Origin: Promethearchaeota archaeon
GTDB lineage: Archaea; Asgardarchaeota; Lokiarchaeia; Sigyniarchaeales; SOKP01
Direction of reading: 5' to 3'
DNA: 64,000 nucleotides
Assembly (NCBI GenBank): GCA_016839765.1
Contig: JAEOTP010000069.1
Location: 50,629 to 114,628 of the forward strand
Positions 1 to 10,021 of the stretch are shown piece after piece. Positions within the stretch are counted from its first letter, which is position 1; every line of letters starts with the position of its first letter. The notes under the pieces are model-generated. The model saw only the letters and a list, made by a program, of their open reading frames with translations. It was not told the origin of the DNA and made no database searches. Made by a program: the position numbers and the translations under genes.

Positions 1-1197
1 GCTGTAGAAGATAGTCAAATAAAATTTCTTGAAGAGGAACGGAAACGGGGAATAGAAGATGGTATTCCGGGACTGGAGCTAATATTAGATAAAGAAAGAA
101 TTAAATACATGGAACCAAATCTTACAGATGATGTTATCGGCGTGCTTCATGCACCCACAGCAGGCATTGTTAGTCCTTATGAAATGACTTTTGCTCTTGC
201 TGAAAATGCTGCGACTAATGGAGTTAAATTCTTTCTAAATGCAAAAGTTAAAAAAATCACACATCAAGATTATCTTTTTAAATTAAAAACTAAGGCCGGT
301 GAATTTCAAGGACGAAATGTAATAAATGCGGCAGGGCTTTACGCTGCCAAAATCTCAAAAATGGTTGGTTTAGATTATTTTGAATTAATGCCAAGGAAAG
401 GGGAATATATTTTATTTGATAGAAATGCCATGCATCTAAATAAAGTTCTATTTCCTATTCCTACTAAGGTATCCAAGGGGATCCTAGTATGCCCTACTAT
501 CCATGGCAATACATTTGTAGGACCTAATGCTCAAAATATCACAGATAAGAAAGATATTTCAACCACCGAAGCAGGATTAAAAGAAATTATTGAGGGGGGT
601 AGAGGATTAGTACCTAATTTACCATTACGAGCTTCAATAAAAAATTTTGCCGGACTGAGAGCTGTACCTGATACGTATGACTTTATTATTGATAATACAG
701 ATGTTTATGGATTTATCAATGTAGCTGGTATATTATCACCTGGGTTAACTTCATGTTATGCAATAGTTGAGAGAGTAGAAGAATATCTTGAATTACTAGG
801 AGTAGAATTAAAAACTAAAGATGATTATAATCCTATACGACCAAAACCAGAAAGATTTAAAGATTTTTCTAAAGAGCAATTAGATGGGAAAATTAAAGAA
901 GATCCCGCATGGGCTAGAATAATTTGCCGATGTGAAATGATTCCAGAAAAGGAAATTGTCGATGCAATTCATAATCCTGTGGGAGCTAAAACTGTTGATG
1001 GAATAAAATTCCGTTGTAGACCAGGCATGGGGCGCTGTGGAGGAGGCTTTTGCCGCCCACGAGTCATAGAAATATTATCTCGCGAATTGGGCATAACCTA
1101 TCAAGAAGTAACAAAACGAGGCGAAGACACTTATTTTTTAATCGGTAAAACTAAAGATATTCAGTTGAGAAATATTGAAGAGGGGGTTAAAGAATGA
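1..1197 (+). CDS. FAD-dependent oxidoreductase, GlpA/L2HGDH-like (glycerol-3-phosphate dehydrogenase type) with C-terminal BFD-like [2Fe-2S] domain; 5'-truncated by the window
   Basis: The frame is open from base 1. Motifs VINAAGLYA, KGILVCPTIHGN, FAGLRA, AGILSPGLTS and C-terminal ICRCE...GMGRCGGGFC. Confidence 0.85.
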   Translation, partial: AVEDSQIKFLEEERKRGIEDGIPGLELILDKERIKYMEPNLTDDVIGVLHAPTAGIVSPYEMTFALAENAATNGVKFFLNAKVKKITHQDYLFKLKTKAGEFQGRNVINAAGLYAAKISKMVGLDYFELMPRKGEYILFDRNAMHLNKVLFPIPTKVSKGILVCPTIHGNTFVGPNAQNITDKKDISTTEAGLKEIIEGGRGLVPNLPLRASIKNFAGLRAVPDTYDFIIDNTDVYGFINVAGILSPGLTSCYAIVERVEEYLELLGVELKTKDDYNPIRPKPERFKDFSKEQLDGKIKEDPAWARIICRCEMIPEKEIVDAIHNPVGAKTVDGIKFRCRPGMGRCGGGFCRPRVIEILSRELGITYQEVTKRGEDTYFLIGKTKDIQLRNIEEGVKE

Positions 1198-2492
1198 ATA
1201 AATACAAAGTCGATGTGGCTGTGATTGGTTCGGGAGCAGCGGGTTTAGCTTCTGCAATTGAAGTTAAAAAGGCAGAATTAAGTGTTTTAATAATAGAAAG
1301 AGATCACGAGTTAGGTGGAATTACCCTACAATGCATTCATAATGGATTTGGATTAAAAGAATTTGAAGAAGAATTAACTGGTCCGGAATATATTCAGAGA
1401 TTTATTAATGAAGTTAAAGAATTACAAATCCCTTATCTTTTAGATACAATGGTATTTGAAATCAATAAGGATAAACTTGTTTATGCCGTTAATAAGCAAG
1501 AAGGTCTTATTGAAGTTGAAGCAAAAGCAATTATTTTAGCGATGGGTTGTAGAGAAAGAACAAGAGGAGCTATTAATATTCCTGGTTTCAGGCCTTCTGG
1601 AATATATACTGCCGGCCAAGCCCAAAGATTTGTAAATATTGAAGGTTACTTACCAGGAAATACCTTTGTTATCTTAGGAAGTGGAGATATCGGAATGATA
1701 ATGGCACGTAGATTAACATGGGAAGGATGCAAAGTAAAAGCTGTTGTAGAGATTTTACCCTACGTAAGTGGCTTATTGAGAAATCAAGTACAGTGTCTAG
1801 AGGATTATGAAATACCTCTTATTACAAACTATACCGTTACCAAAATTCATGGTAAAGATAGAATTAAAGGGGTTACAATATCAAAAGTTGATAGAAATTT
1901 TGATCGTATTGTTGGTTCAGAAAAATTTATTGAATGCGACACGTTACTTTTGTCAGTTGGTTTAATACCGGAAAATGAATTAACATTACAAGCAGGAGCC
2001 GAACTTTCTAAAAATGGTGGTCCAATAGTTGATAATAATTTAGAAACTACTATTAAAGGCATTTTTGCTTGTGGTAATGTATTACAAGTCCATGATTTAG
2101 TTGATTTGGTTACAGCAGAAGCTAAACGCGCAGGAAAAATAGCTTCTGAATATGTTAAAAGTAGAAGTGATAAGGAAATTAAAGCCCGTGAAACGATTAA
2201 ATTAGTCTCTGGAGATAATGTTAATTATGTTAAACCTGATTTAATTAATAAGAATGATCTATCAAATGATATAATCTTCACTTTTAGGGTAAGTTATCCA
2301 GATAGAAGGGTTCTAATACAATTTAAAGATGAAGAAAATAGCATCATCTATAAAAGAAAGAAAATCTATGTTATACCAAGTGAGATGGTCGAATTGAGTA
2401 TAAATTTGGAAAAACAAGGTATAAACCCTGAATGTAAAACAATAACAGTTGAAGTAATTCCTCGTCCAGAGGTATTAATAGAGGAGGATTAA
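1194..2492 (+). CDS. NAD(P)/FAD-dependent pyridine nucleotide-disulfide oxidoreductase, partner of the GlpA-like gene
   Basis: GSGAAG, QCIHNGFG, LAMGCRER, GSGDIG and FACGNVLQVHDLVD motifs; ATGA overlap with the upstream gene. Confidence 0.85.
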   Translation: MNKYKVDVAVIGSGAAGLASAIEVKKAELSVLIIERDHELGGITLQCIHNGFGLKEFEEELTGPEYIQRFINEVKELQIPYLLDTMVFEINKDKLVYAVNKQEGLIEVEAKAIILAMGCRERTRGAINIPGFRPSGIYTAGQAQRFVNIEGYLPGNTFVILGSGDIGMIMARRLTWEGCKVKAVVEILPYVSGLLRNQVQCLEDYEIPLITNYTVTKIHGKDRIKGVTISKVDRNFDRIVGSEKFIECDTLLLSVGLIPENELTLQAGAELSKNGGPIVDNNLETTIKGIFACGNVLQVHDLVDLVTAEAKRAGKIASEYVKSRSDKEIKARETIKLVSGDNVNYVKPDLINKNDLSNDIIFTFRVSYPDRRVLIQFKDEENSIIYKRKKIYVIPSEMVELSINLEKQGINPECKTITVEVIPRPEVLIEED

Positions 2493-2508
2493 TAAAAGGT
2501 GATAAACT

Positions 2509-2889
2509 ATGTCAGAACTTAGTACAATAAAAATAATTCGTTGCATTGTATGTCCAACAGGCTGTGAGATAAAAGTTAAAAAAGGGGGTGTTGAAAAAGT
2601 TACATTTGATGGTTATACTTGCGAGCGGGGACTTGAATATGCTCAGCAAGAGTATTATGAACCAAAAAGAATTCTTACTACAACTATGAGAATCGAAAAG
2701 GGGTTATTACCTTTAATTCCCGTAAGAACGGATAAAGCTATCCTTAAAGAAAAATTAAAAGATGTCTTAGAAGAAATTGCGGAAATGAAATTAAAAGCCC
2801 CAATTAAAATGGGAGATATCTTAATTGAAAACGTCCTTGGATTAGGAGCTAATATTATAGCAAGTCGGAATTTAAACAAAATAGATTAA
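2509..2889 (+). CDS. DUF1667 family CxxC protein, third gene of the GlpA-like operon
   Basis: CIVCPTGC...CERG..YA..E...P.R..TTT signature; AGGTGA Shine-Dalgarno upstream. Confidence 0.8.
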   Translation: MSELSTIKIIRCIVCPTGCEIKVKKGGVEKVTFDGYTCERGLEYAQQEYYEPKRILTTTMRIEKGLLPLIPVRTDKAILKEKLKDVLEEIAEMKLKAPIKMGDILIENVLGLGANIIASRNLNKID

Positions 2890-2992
2890 TTATTTATTTT
2901 GTTTCTATAACTGTAGTTTCGTCTGAATAAAAATTTATAAACTATATGCAATAAAATTAAATTAAAAATCTTTTAAAAGAAATTATATCAAA

Positions 2993-3643
2993 TTGGATAT
3001 ACCAAAATTCTCAATGTTAGATTCTTTAATTATCAAAATATTACTTATTATTAGTTTCTTCTTTTTTGGGTATAATCTTACATATATCATTCTTTTCAAA
3101 AGAAGGCATAAGAACAACCAAAGTAATAATCAGATTAATAATAAACTAAAGGAAACAAGATTATTTGCAAGACTGGGCATTCATATTATCAATATTTTCA
3201 TATTTTTATGTTGTTTAAATATTTTTATATATAATTATTGGATAATAATATTTCCAAGAATTAACTTATTTTTTAGTAATATAGTACAAATCATTGGTTT
3301 TACTTTTATTATAGGGGGTAATATCACCTTATTATTAGCCTATAGGAAATTAGGAATTTATTGGGATTACCCCATTGACGGTTTGAAAAAAAAGAAAAAA
3401 TTAGTAAAATCAGGTATTTATGCTAAAATTAGACATCCAATTTACCTTTCATTTAACATTTTGTGTATTGGTTTTAATATGATTTTATTAGACTGGTTTT
3501 TATTAATTCTATATATAATTGGAGCAATTGGACTGTATTTTCAGGCAATTGATGAAGAAACGATTCTATTAGAATTTTTTGGACAAGAATATGATACTTA
3601 TATGAAAAGTACTGGTAGATTTTTTCCTAAATTCAAAAAATAA
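2993..3643 (+). CDS. Isoprenylcysteine carboxyl methyltransferase / PEMT-family membrane methyltransferase
   Basis: Multiple TM segments; LVKSGIYAKIRHPIY and EE..L...FG.EY..Y...T.RFFP motifs. Confidence 0.8.
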   Translation: MDIPKFSMLDSLIIKILLIISFFFFGYNLTYIILFKRRHKNNQSNNQINNKLKETRLFARLGIHIINIFIFLCCLNIFIYNYWIIIFPRINLFFSNIVQIIGFTFIIGGNITLLLAYRKLGIYWDYPIDGLKKKKKLVKSGIYAKIRHPIYLSFNILCIGFNMILLDWFLLILYIIGAIGLYFQAIDEETILLEFFGQEYDTYMKSTGRFFPKFKK

Positions 3644-3756
3644 TTATATAAATTAAGAAAAAAACCAAATATTTATATTAACTAATTAAAAATATTCGTT
3701 ATAGAGATGTAGAAAATTTAATTAATTAAATATAATGCTTTAATATTAATGAACCA

Positions 3757-5073
3757 ATGCCTAATAGTAAAATTCTCCTTATTAATCCTCCCACTCCCCA
3801 ATATAATATGAAACTATTCCCACCACTAAATTTAATTACTATTGCAAGCCATATTCCAGAAAATTATGAAGTAAAACTAATTGATAACAATTTTGAGAAG
3901 TTAGAGTATGATGCTGATCTTGTTTGTATAAGTGCTAATACATATTCTATTCGGCGAGCTTATAACATTTCTAATAAATATAGAAAAAAGGGGATTCCTG
4001 TAATAATAGGTGGCAACCATCCTACCATTTTACCGGAGGAGGCAAAATCCTTTTCTGATTCTGTTGTAATTGGAGATGGAGAGCCTATTTGGAATGAATT
4101 ATTAAAAGACTACCACAACGGTAACTTAAAAAAATATTATAAATCAAGATTTTTTAATTTTGAAGAGGCAAAAATACCACGTAGAGATTTATTAAGAAGA
4201 TCATATTCATTTGATTCTTTAGAAACTGTTAGAGGTTGTCCTTTTGATTGTGATTTTTGCTCAGTAACAAGATTTCATGGAAGAACTTATCGCTTTAAAC
4301 CATTGAAGAATATTGAAAAAGAGGTAGAATCATTACAAAAAAATCGCATTTTTATTGTTGATGATAATATTATCGGTTATGGTGGAAAGGCTGAAGAAAG
4401 AACTATTGATTTGTTTAAGTTATTAATTGAATATGATTTAAAATGGATGGGACAAGCTTCGATTAATCTTGCAGATAATGAAAAAATTCTTTCTCTAGCA
4501 AGCAAAAGTGGTTGCATCTTTTTATTTATTGGATTTGAATCTATCCAAAGAGAAGCCTTGAGATATTTCAATAAAAAATTGAATTTAAAGAGAGGAATAA
4601 CGTCTTATAGAGATATAATTCAATGTTTACATGATTATGGTATTGGGATTATGGGATCGTTTATTATTGGAACAGATTTCGATACAAAAGAAAGTTTATC
4701 TCAATTAAAGACTTATATTAAGGAATTGGAAGTTGATATACCAAATTTTACTCATTTAACTCCGTATCCAGGAACAAAAGTCTATGAAAAGCTTTTAAAT
4801 GAGCAGAGGCTTATTAATGAAAAATTTTGGTTAAAAGATCCATTTCCAGTGTTTACATTTAAACCCAAAAATCTCACTTTGGAAGAACTATATGAACATA
4901 GTATGGATCTTATAAAAAGTTTTAATAAGATTATACCTGCTTCTTTTCGGTCCTTTAAATCCTTGATAAAAAGGAAATCGATGAGAAAATCAATCTATAT
5001 TTTAGCTGAAAGTCTAAATATTGGTAAAGTTTTAAATAAAGAATTAAACAATTATCAAAAATTCTATTTTTAA
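3757..5073 (+). CDS. B12-binding radical SAM protein
   Basis: N-terminal cobalamin-binding domain (IIGGNHPT, GDGE); RGCPFDCDFC; IGFES; TPYPGT. Confidence 0.88.
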   Translation: MPNSKILLINPPTPQYNMKLFPPLNLITIASHIPENYEVKLIDNNFEKLEYDADLVCISANTYSIRRAYNISNKYRKKGIPVIIGGNHPTILPEEAKSFSDSVVIGDGEPIWNELLKDYHNGNLKKYYKSRFFNFEEAKIPRRDLLRRSYSFDSLETVRGCPFDCDFCSVTRFHGRTYRFKPLKNIEKEVESLQKNRIFIVDDNIIGYGGKAEERTIDLFKLLIEYDLKWMGQASINLADNEKILSLASKSGCIFLFIGFESIQREALRYFNKKLNLKRGITSYRDIIQCLHDYGIGIMGSFIIGTDFDTKESLSQLKTYIKELEVDIPNFTHLTPYPGTKVYEKLLNEQRLINEKFWLKDPFPVFTFKPKNLTLEELYEHSMDLIKSFNKIIPASFRSFKSLIKRKSMRKSIYILAESLNIGKVLNKELNNYQKFYF

Positions 5074-5215
5074 AAATTCCAAATCCATTTAAGTTTAAGT
5101 CGGATTGTTGTTAATTCGATTAAATTTTTCTAATAGTTATTATAAAAAATTTTTTGAAACTGTCTACATTTTCTTTTTTGAATTAATAAAGAATGTTTCA
5201 AAGGTATTCCAGAAA

Positions 5216-5671
5216 ATGACAGAAATGGACCAAATTTACAGGGTTCATAAAAATTTATATATTGGCGCATATTGGCCACGTTTAAATTTCAAGAAATTTA
5301 AGGTAATTGGAATCACAGCTATAGTTAATTTGATGGAAGAAAATCTCTATGATCCCACCTCTCAAGGATTTGCTTATTTACATAAAGGATTTCCTGATGA
5401 TTGGTATCCACCTCATACATATCTCAAAGAAATAATTGCATTCATAGATAAGCATATAAAAAATGGAAAAGTTTTAGTCCATTGCGCAATGGGAGTTTCA
5501 AGAAGCGGTGGAATAATTGTGGCATGGCTTTTAAAAAAAAATCCCAATTGGAATTGGACTGATGCGATAAATTATGTTTGGCAATCAAGATTGATTTACC
5601 CTGCTATTGAGATTAAAGAATCTATCTTGGATTATTTTGAATCAATAGAAGGGCGAAGGAGAGACATTTAA
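5216..5671 (+). CDS. Dual-specificity protein phosphatase
   Basis: Catalytic loop VLVHCAMGVSRS (CX5R). ATG 5216 is preferred over the track's TTG 5105. Confidence 0.85.
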   Translation: MTEMDQIYRVHKNLYIGAYWPRLNFKKFKVIGITAIVNLMEENLYDPTSQGFAYLHKGFPDDWYPPHTYLKEIIAFIDKHIKNGKVLVHCAMGVSRSGGIIVAWLLKKNPNWNWTDAINYVWQSRLIYPAIEIKESILDYFESIEGRRRDI

Positions 5672-5818
5672 ATGTCAAAATTTACTTTTTTTTTTGAAAT
5701 CGAGAAAGAGAGATTTTAGCTTTTAACTTTAACTTTTTTTTTTACAAAGATTTTTAAAATGAATCTTAGATCTTTTATTAAATTACATTTTGATTAGATT
5801 TTAAAAAAAGGAGAAAAT

Positions 5819-6145
5819 ATGTCTGAATTTGAAGAAAAGGTGTTATCCTTACTCGAAAAAATCAATGATAAATTGGATAAACTTCTTAAATCAAAACCAA
5901 CTTCAACCATAGAAGTAAAAGCAGCAGGGACGGGTACAGTTAAGCCGTCTGCTATCGTTGAAAAACAAGAGGAAGAAGAAAAAGCAATAGAAAAACCCCC
6001 TGTAGAAGGAAGAAGGATATGTCCTGATTGTGGAGGAACTGACTTTAGGACTGAAGAAGATCGCTCTCAAGTATTGCATCAGATGGGAGGGATAAAAATC
6101 TACGCGAAACAATATATATGTAAGAAATGTGGAAAAGTTGTTTAA
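5819..6145 (+). CDS. Small protein with N-terminal coiled coil and C-terminal zinc ribbon
   Basis: GGAG SD; EGRRICPDCG...YICKKCG, resembling the C-terminus of the gelsolin at 14261-15274. Confidence 0.75.
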   Translation: MSEFEEKVLSLLEKINDKLDKLLKSKPTSTIEVKAAGTGTVKPSAIVEKQEEEEKAIEKPPVEGRRICPDCGGTDFRTEEDRSQVLHQMGGIKIYAKQYICKKCGKVV

Positions 6146-6277
6146 TTTTTTTCTTTTATTTTAAATTTTTTTAATAATCAAGCAACTCTAAATCGATTTC
6201 TTTTAAAAAAACCTTGAAAATCTGTCTCTATCATCCAATAAAGGCATCTTTTTTATCTGATGATATACAATTTTCTG

Positions 6278-8113
6278 TTATTTCTGCTTTTTCTTTTTGA
6301 ATGGATCTTTAAATTGCATTTTATATAAATGATTATAAAGACCATTTAATTCAACTAATTCTTGATGTGACCCCTCTTCAACTATTTTCCCCTTATCTAA
6401 AACAATAATACGGTCTGAATTTATTATTGTAGATAATCTATGTGCTATAGAGATGCTTGTACGCCCTTTTAATAAAGTTTCTAGGGCTTGTTGTATTAGA
6501 AGTTCACTGTATGGGTCGATAGATGAGGTTGCTTCATCTAGGATTAGAATAGGTGGATCACCTATTAATGCTCTTGCAAATGCAATCAATTGTCTTTGAC
6601 CTTCAGATAATTTACTACCCCTTTCTCCTACGATTGTATCATAGCCTCTCTCAAGATTTACTATAAATTCATGAGCATTTACCTTTTTAGCTGTTTCTAC
6701 AATTTGATCTTCAGTGGCGTTTAAATTTCCGTATCTTATGTTTTCCATAATAGTACCAGAAAATAGAAAATTCTCTTGGAGGACAATTCCCATCTTATTT
6801 CTTAGACTTTTAAGATTTATATCCTTTAAATTAATAGTATCAACATCTATCCCTCCTTTTGTCGGATCATAAAATCGAGACAGTAATTTAACGAATGTAC
6901 TCTTCCCTGCACCTGTATAACCAACTAGTGCTAATCTTTCTTTTGCTTTTACTTTTAAATTGATACTTTCTAATACTGGAACATTTTCTTCATACGAAAA
7001 ATCCACATTTTTGTATTCAATTATTCCTTTTACATTTTTTAAAACGAGAGCATCTTGTATTTCTTTTATTGATGGTTCTTCATCTAATAAACCAATAATT
7101 CTAGCTCCAGCTGCAATTGAATTTTGTAAAAGTGTTAAAAAACTAATTAATGATAATAAAGGCTCAAAGAACATAAAAATATAAAAAATAAACGCTAATA
7201 AAGTGCCTTGTGAGAGTGACCCTTCTCGAATTAAAAAGCCTGCAGTAAAAAATACAACACTAATTCCTAAAGTTATGACTAATAGACTAATTCCGGGTAT
7301 AAATGCGAGCAACTTTGCGGCTTTCATGGTCGTTTGTTTTTCTAGCTCTGTGGTGTTTTTAAATTCGTTATAATTTTCCTCCTCGACAGCAAAGGATTGA
7401 ATCGTTCGCATTCCCATAATAGACTCATCCAAATTGCTGGTTACGTCAGCAACTCTTTCTCTTAAATCCTTGAAGTATTTTCTAGCTTTTTTTAAAAGAA
7501 TAATTCCTAATCCGAAAACTATAGGTACAATCAAGAATATTACTAGTGTTAAACCAGGACTTAATATAATCATAAAAAGTAAAGCTCCAAGCACTAAAAA
7601 GATATTACTCAGAGAAATTAATAATCCTGATTGTATTAATTGTTGGATAGTATTTACATCACCAGTGAGATAATTGATCTTTTTTCCTGTTGTACGGTTG
7701 GGAGTTTCGTGATAATCTAAGCCTAATTTTTGAAATTTAATAAAAAGTTCTGCTCTTAAATTGAACATTGTAATTGTTGCTAATTTTTGTATAATATAAT
7801 TTTGGGCTATCCTTATAAGAACTCCAGAAATTGTCAAAACAAAAAAAATAATCCCAAGAATAATAACTACATCAATATTACCTTCAGTTGCACCTATTCC
7901 ACCACCCAAACCATCATCCACCAATGATTTAAATACTAAGGGAGTAAACCAATTAAACGCTATATTTAAAATGATAAATATGGTAAGAGGGAAGAACAGC
8001 TTTCTATTTTTTTTTCCAATATACCGAATGAATCTCCCTAATATTTTTAAAGTCCCTTTAATATCTCTCTTTTCCTTATGTTCTTCATTTACTTCTTTTT
8101 TTTCTCTCGACAC
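6278..8113 (-). CDS. ABC exporter (TMD-NBD), subunit of a heterodimer
   Basis: 6 TM segments; GYTGAGKS; signature LSEGQ; LDEATS; IAHRL. Confidence 0.92.
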   Translation of the reverse strand: MSREKKEVNEEHKEKRDIKGTLKILGRFIRYIGKKNRKLFFPLTIFIILNIAFNWFTPLVFKSLVDDGLGGGIGATEGNIDVVIILGIIFFVLTISGVLIRIAQNYIIQKLATITMFNLRAELFIKFQKLGLDYHETPNRTTGKKINYLTGDVNTIQQLIQSGLLISLSNIFLVLGALLFMIILSPGLTLVIFLIVPIVFGLGIILLKKARKYFKDLRERVADVTSNLDESIMGMRTIQSFAVEEENYNEFKNTTELEKQTTMKAAKLLAFIPGISLLVITLGISVVFFTAGFLIREGSLSQGTLLAFIFYIFMFFEPLLSLISFLTLLQNSIAAGARIIGLLDEEPSIKEIQDALVLKNVKGIIEYKNVDFSYEENVPVLESINLKVKAKERLALVGYTGAGKSTFVKLLSRFYDPTKGGIDVDTINLKDINLKSLRNKMGIVLQENFLFSGTIMENIRYGNLNATEDQIVETAKKVNAHEFIVNLERGYDTIVGERGSKLSEGQRQLIAFARALIGDPPILILDEATSSIDPYSELLIQQALETLLKGRTSISIAHRLSTIINSDRIIVLDKGKIVEEGSHQELVELNGLYNHLYKMQFKDPFKKKKQK

Positions 8114-9939
8114 TATGCTCGTTCCTCGACTTTTAGTGTTAAATATAAATTTCTATAAATCCCTTCTTGACTCATTAATTCTTCATGGGTGCCTAATTGG
8201 GCAATTTCTCCGTTATTTAAGATTAATATTCTATCAGCATTTCTCACACTTGATAATCTTTGAGTAATAAGAAAGGTGGTAGAATCTTTGAAAACTTCTT
8301 TGAAATTCTTTTGGATTCTATATTCAGTATCAACATCGACACTACTAGTAGCGTCATCTAGAATCAAGATTTTGGGTTTAATAGCTAAAGCTCTAGCAAT
8401 TGAAATTCTTTGCTTTTGACCCCCTGATAGAGTTGTACCTCTTTCACTTACCTTAGTTTCATACTTTTCGGGTAAATCTTCTTCAATAAATTGGTAAATG
8501 TTAGCAAATTTTGCTGCATTTTTTATGTCTTCATTCTTTATAGACTTATTACCAAACGCAATATTTTCCTTAATTGAGCAGGAAAATAAAAATCTTTCTT
8601 GTGAGACAAAACCGATTTGTTTTCTCAGAGATTTGAAGCTAACATCCTTTATGTTAATACCATCTATAAGAACTTCTCCCCTAGATACATCATAAAACCT
8701 AGGAATTAATTTAACCAATGCTGATTTTCCAGAGCCGGTTGCTCCTAATATTGCAATATTTTCACCCGGCTTAATTTTCAAATTTATATTTTTTAATACA
8801 AAATTTTTCTTAATTTCATTAAAATTAAAAAATACATTTCTAAATTCAACTTCTCCCTTAATGGTGGGCATTTCAAGAGCATCTTCTTTTTCTTTGACGA
8901 TAATCTTTGAATTCAAAATATGAACCACTCTATCAGACGTTTCTGATATTTGGGGCATATTTCCAAAAAATCTTGAGATAAAGTACAAAGGTTCTATTGA
9001 AAAATTCAAAACCATTACAAATGCGAACAAATCTCCAAAAGTGATATCATTATTGAGGACAAATAATCCTCCAAGAAGTAATACAATAAGAAAAGCAATA
9101 TTATCAATTAAACGAATTATTGGATCAAAGCTTGATTGTAGTTTTATAATGTCCATTGAATCTTTATAGTATTTCTCATTATATTGTGAAAATTTATTAA
9201 TTTCATAAGATTCTCTTCCAAAAGATTTCACAACAGTAATTCCTTGAACATTCTCTTGAATGTTGTTGGTCAAATCTGCATAAGTTTCCCTTGATTTTTT
9301 AAAGACGGGCCTAAATTTCTTTCTGAAAATAAGTAATACATAAAATAACGCAGGTGACACAATTATAACAAAGAAAGCTAATTCAATATCGATTATAAAA
9401 AGAATTGCAAAGCTAAATGAAAAAGTAAAGAGTTGTCGTATAAAAAGTTGAAGATTATTTCCCAAAAATTCCTTAAGTAAATTTACATCACTTGTTGTTC
9501 GAGACAGAAGTTCTCCGGTCTTGTGTTCATCTAACCATCCCCAAGACATCTGCTGTATTGTAGAAAAAAGGTCGTTTCTTAAATTATAAATTACACTTGC
9601 TCCCATCCATCTATTAATATAAATTCTTATTCCATTAATGATGCCAACAAGAGATTGAATAATTACTATGGTAAAAAATATAGGAAAAACATTTTCAATA
9701 AGAATACTCGGATTTACTAAGATATCCATTGCTGGTCCTAGAAATAAAGGAAATGTGAGGTATAAGATAGATTGAACTACTCCTAAAATAGCTATAAAGA
9801 TGAAGAGCTTTTTAAATTCCCAAAGATAGGATAGAATTTGCTTTACTGATGATTTATATCTATGAGTGAGAAATCTGTTTCTACGTTCTAAGAATTCAAT
9901 TTTTTTTCGCATATTGAATAATTTGAAAGTTTTAATCAC
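8113..9939 (-). CDS. ABC exporter (TMD-NBD), degenerate-site subunit
   Basis: GATGSGKS; LSGGQ; Walker B LDDATS (D for E); switch ITQRL (Q for H); 1-nt overlap with the partner gene. Confidence 0.92.
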   Translation of the reverse strand: MIKTFKLFNMRKKIEFLERRNRFLTHRYKSSVKQILSYLWEFKKLFIFIAILGVVQSILYLTFPLFLGPAMDILVNPSILIENVFPIFFTIVIIQSLVGIINGIRIYINRWMGASVIYNLRNDLFSTIQQMSWGWLDEHKTGELLSRTTSDVNLLKEFLGNNLQLFIRQLFTFSFSFAILFIIDIELAFFVIIVSPALFYVLLIFRKKFRPVFKKSRETYADLTNNIQENVQGITVVKSFGRESYEINKFSQYNEKYYKDSMDIIKLQSSFDPIIRLIDNIAFLIVLLLGGLFVLNNDITFGDLFAFVMVLNFSIEPLYFISRFFGNMPQISETSDRVVHILNSKIIVKEKEDALEMPTIKGEVEFRNVFFNFNEIKKNFVLKNINLKIKPGENIAILGATGSGKSALVKLIPRFYDVSRGEVLIDGINIKDVSFKSLRKQIGFVSQERFLFSCSIKENIAFGNKSIKNEDIKNAAKFANIYQFIEEDLPEKYETKVSERGTTLSGGQKQRISIARALAIKPKILILDDATSSVDVDTEYRIQKNFKEVFKDSTTFLITQRLSSVRNADRILILNNGEIAQLGTHEELMSQEGIYRNLYLTLKVEERA

Positions 9940-10021
9940 AAATTAATAATTGGTTATATTTTTAATTCCATTAAAATTAAATCCTATAAATATTCGAAGA
10001 AATTAGTTTCCTCACCAAATT

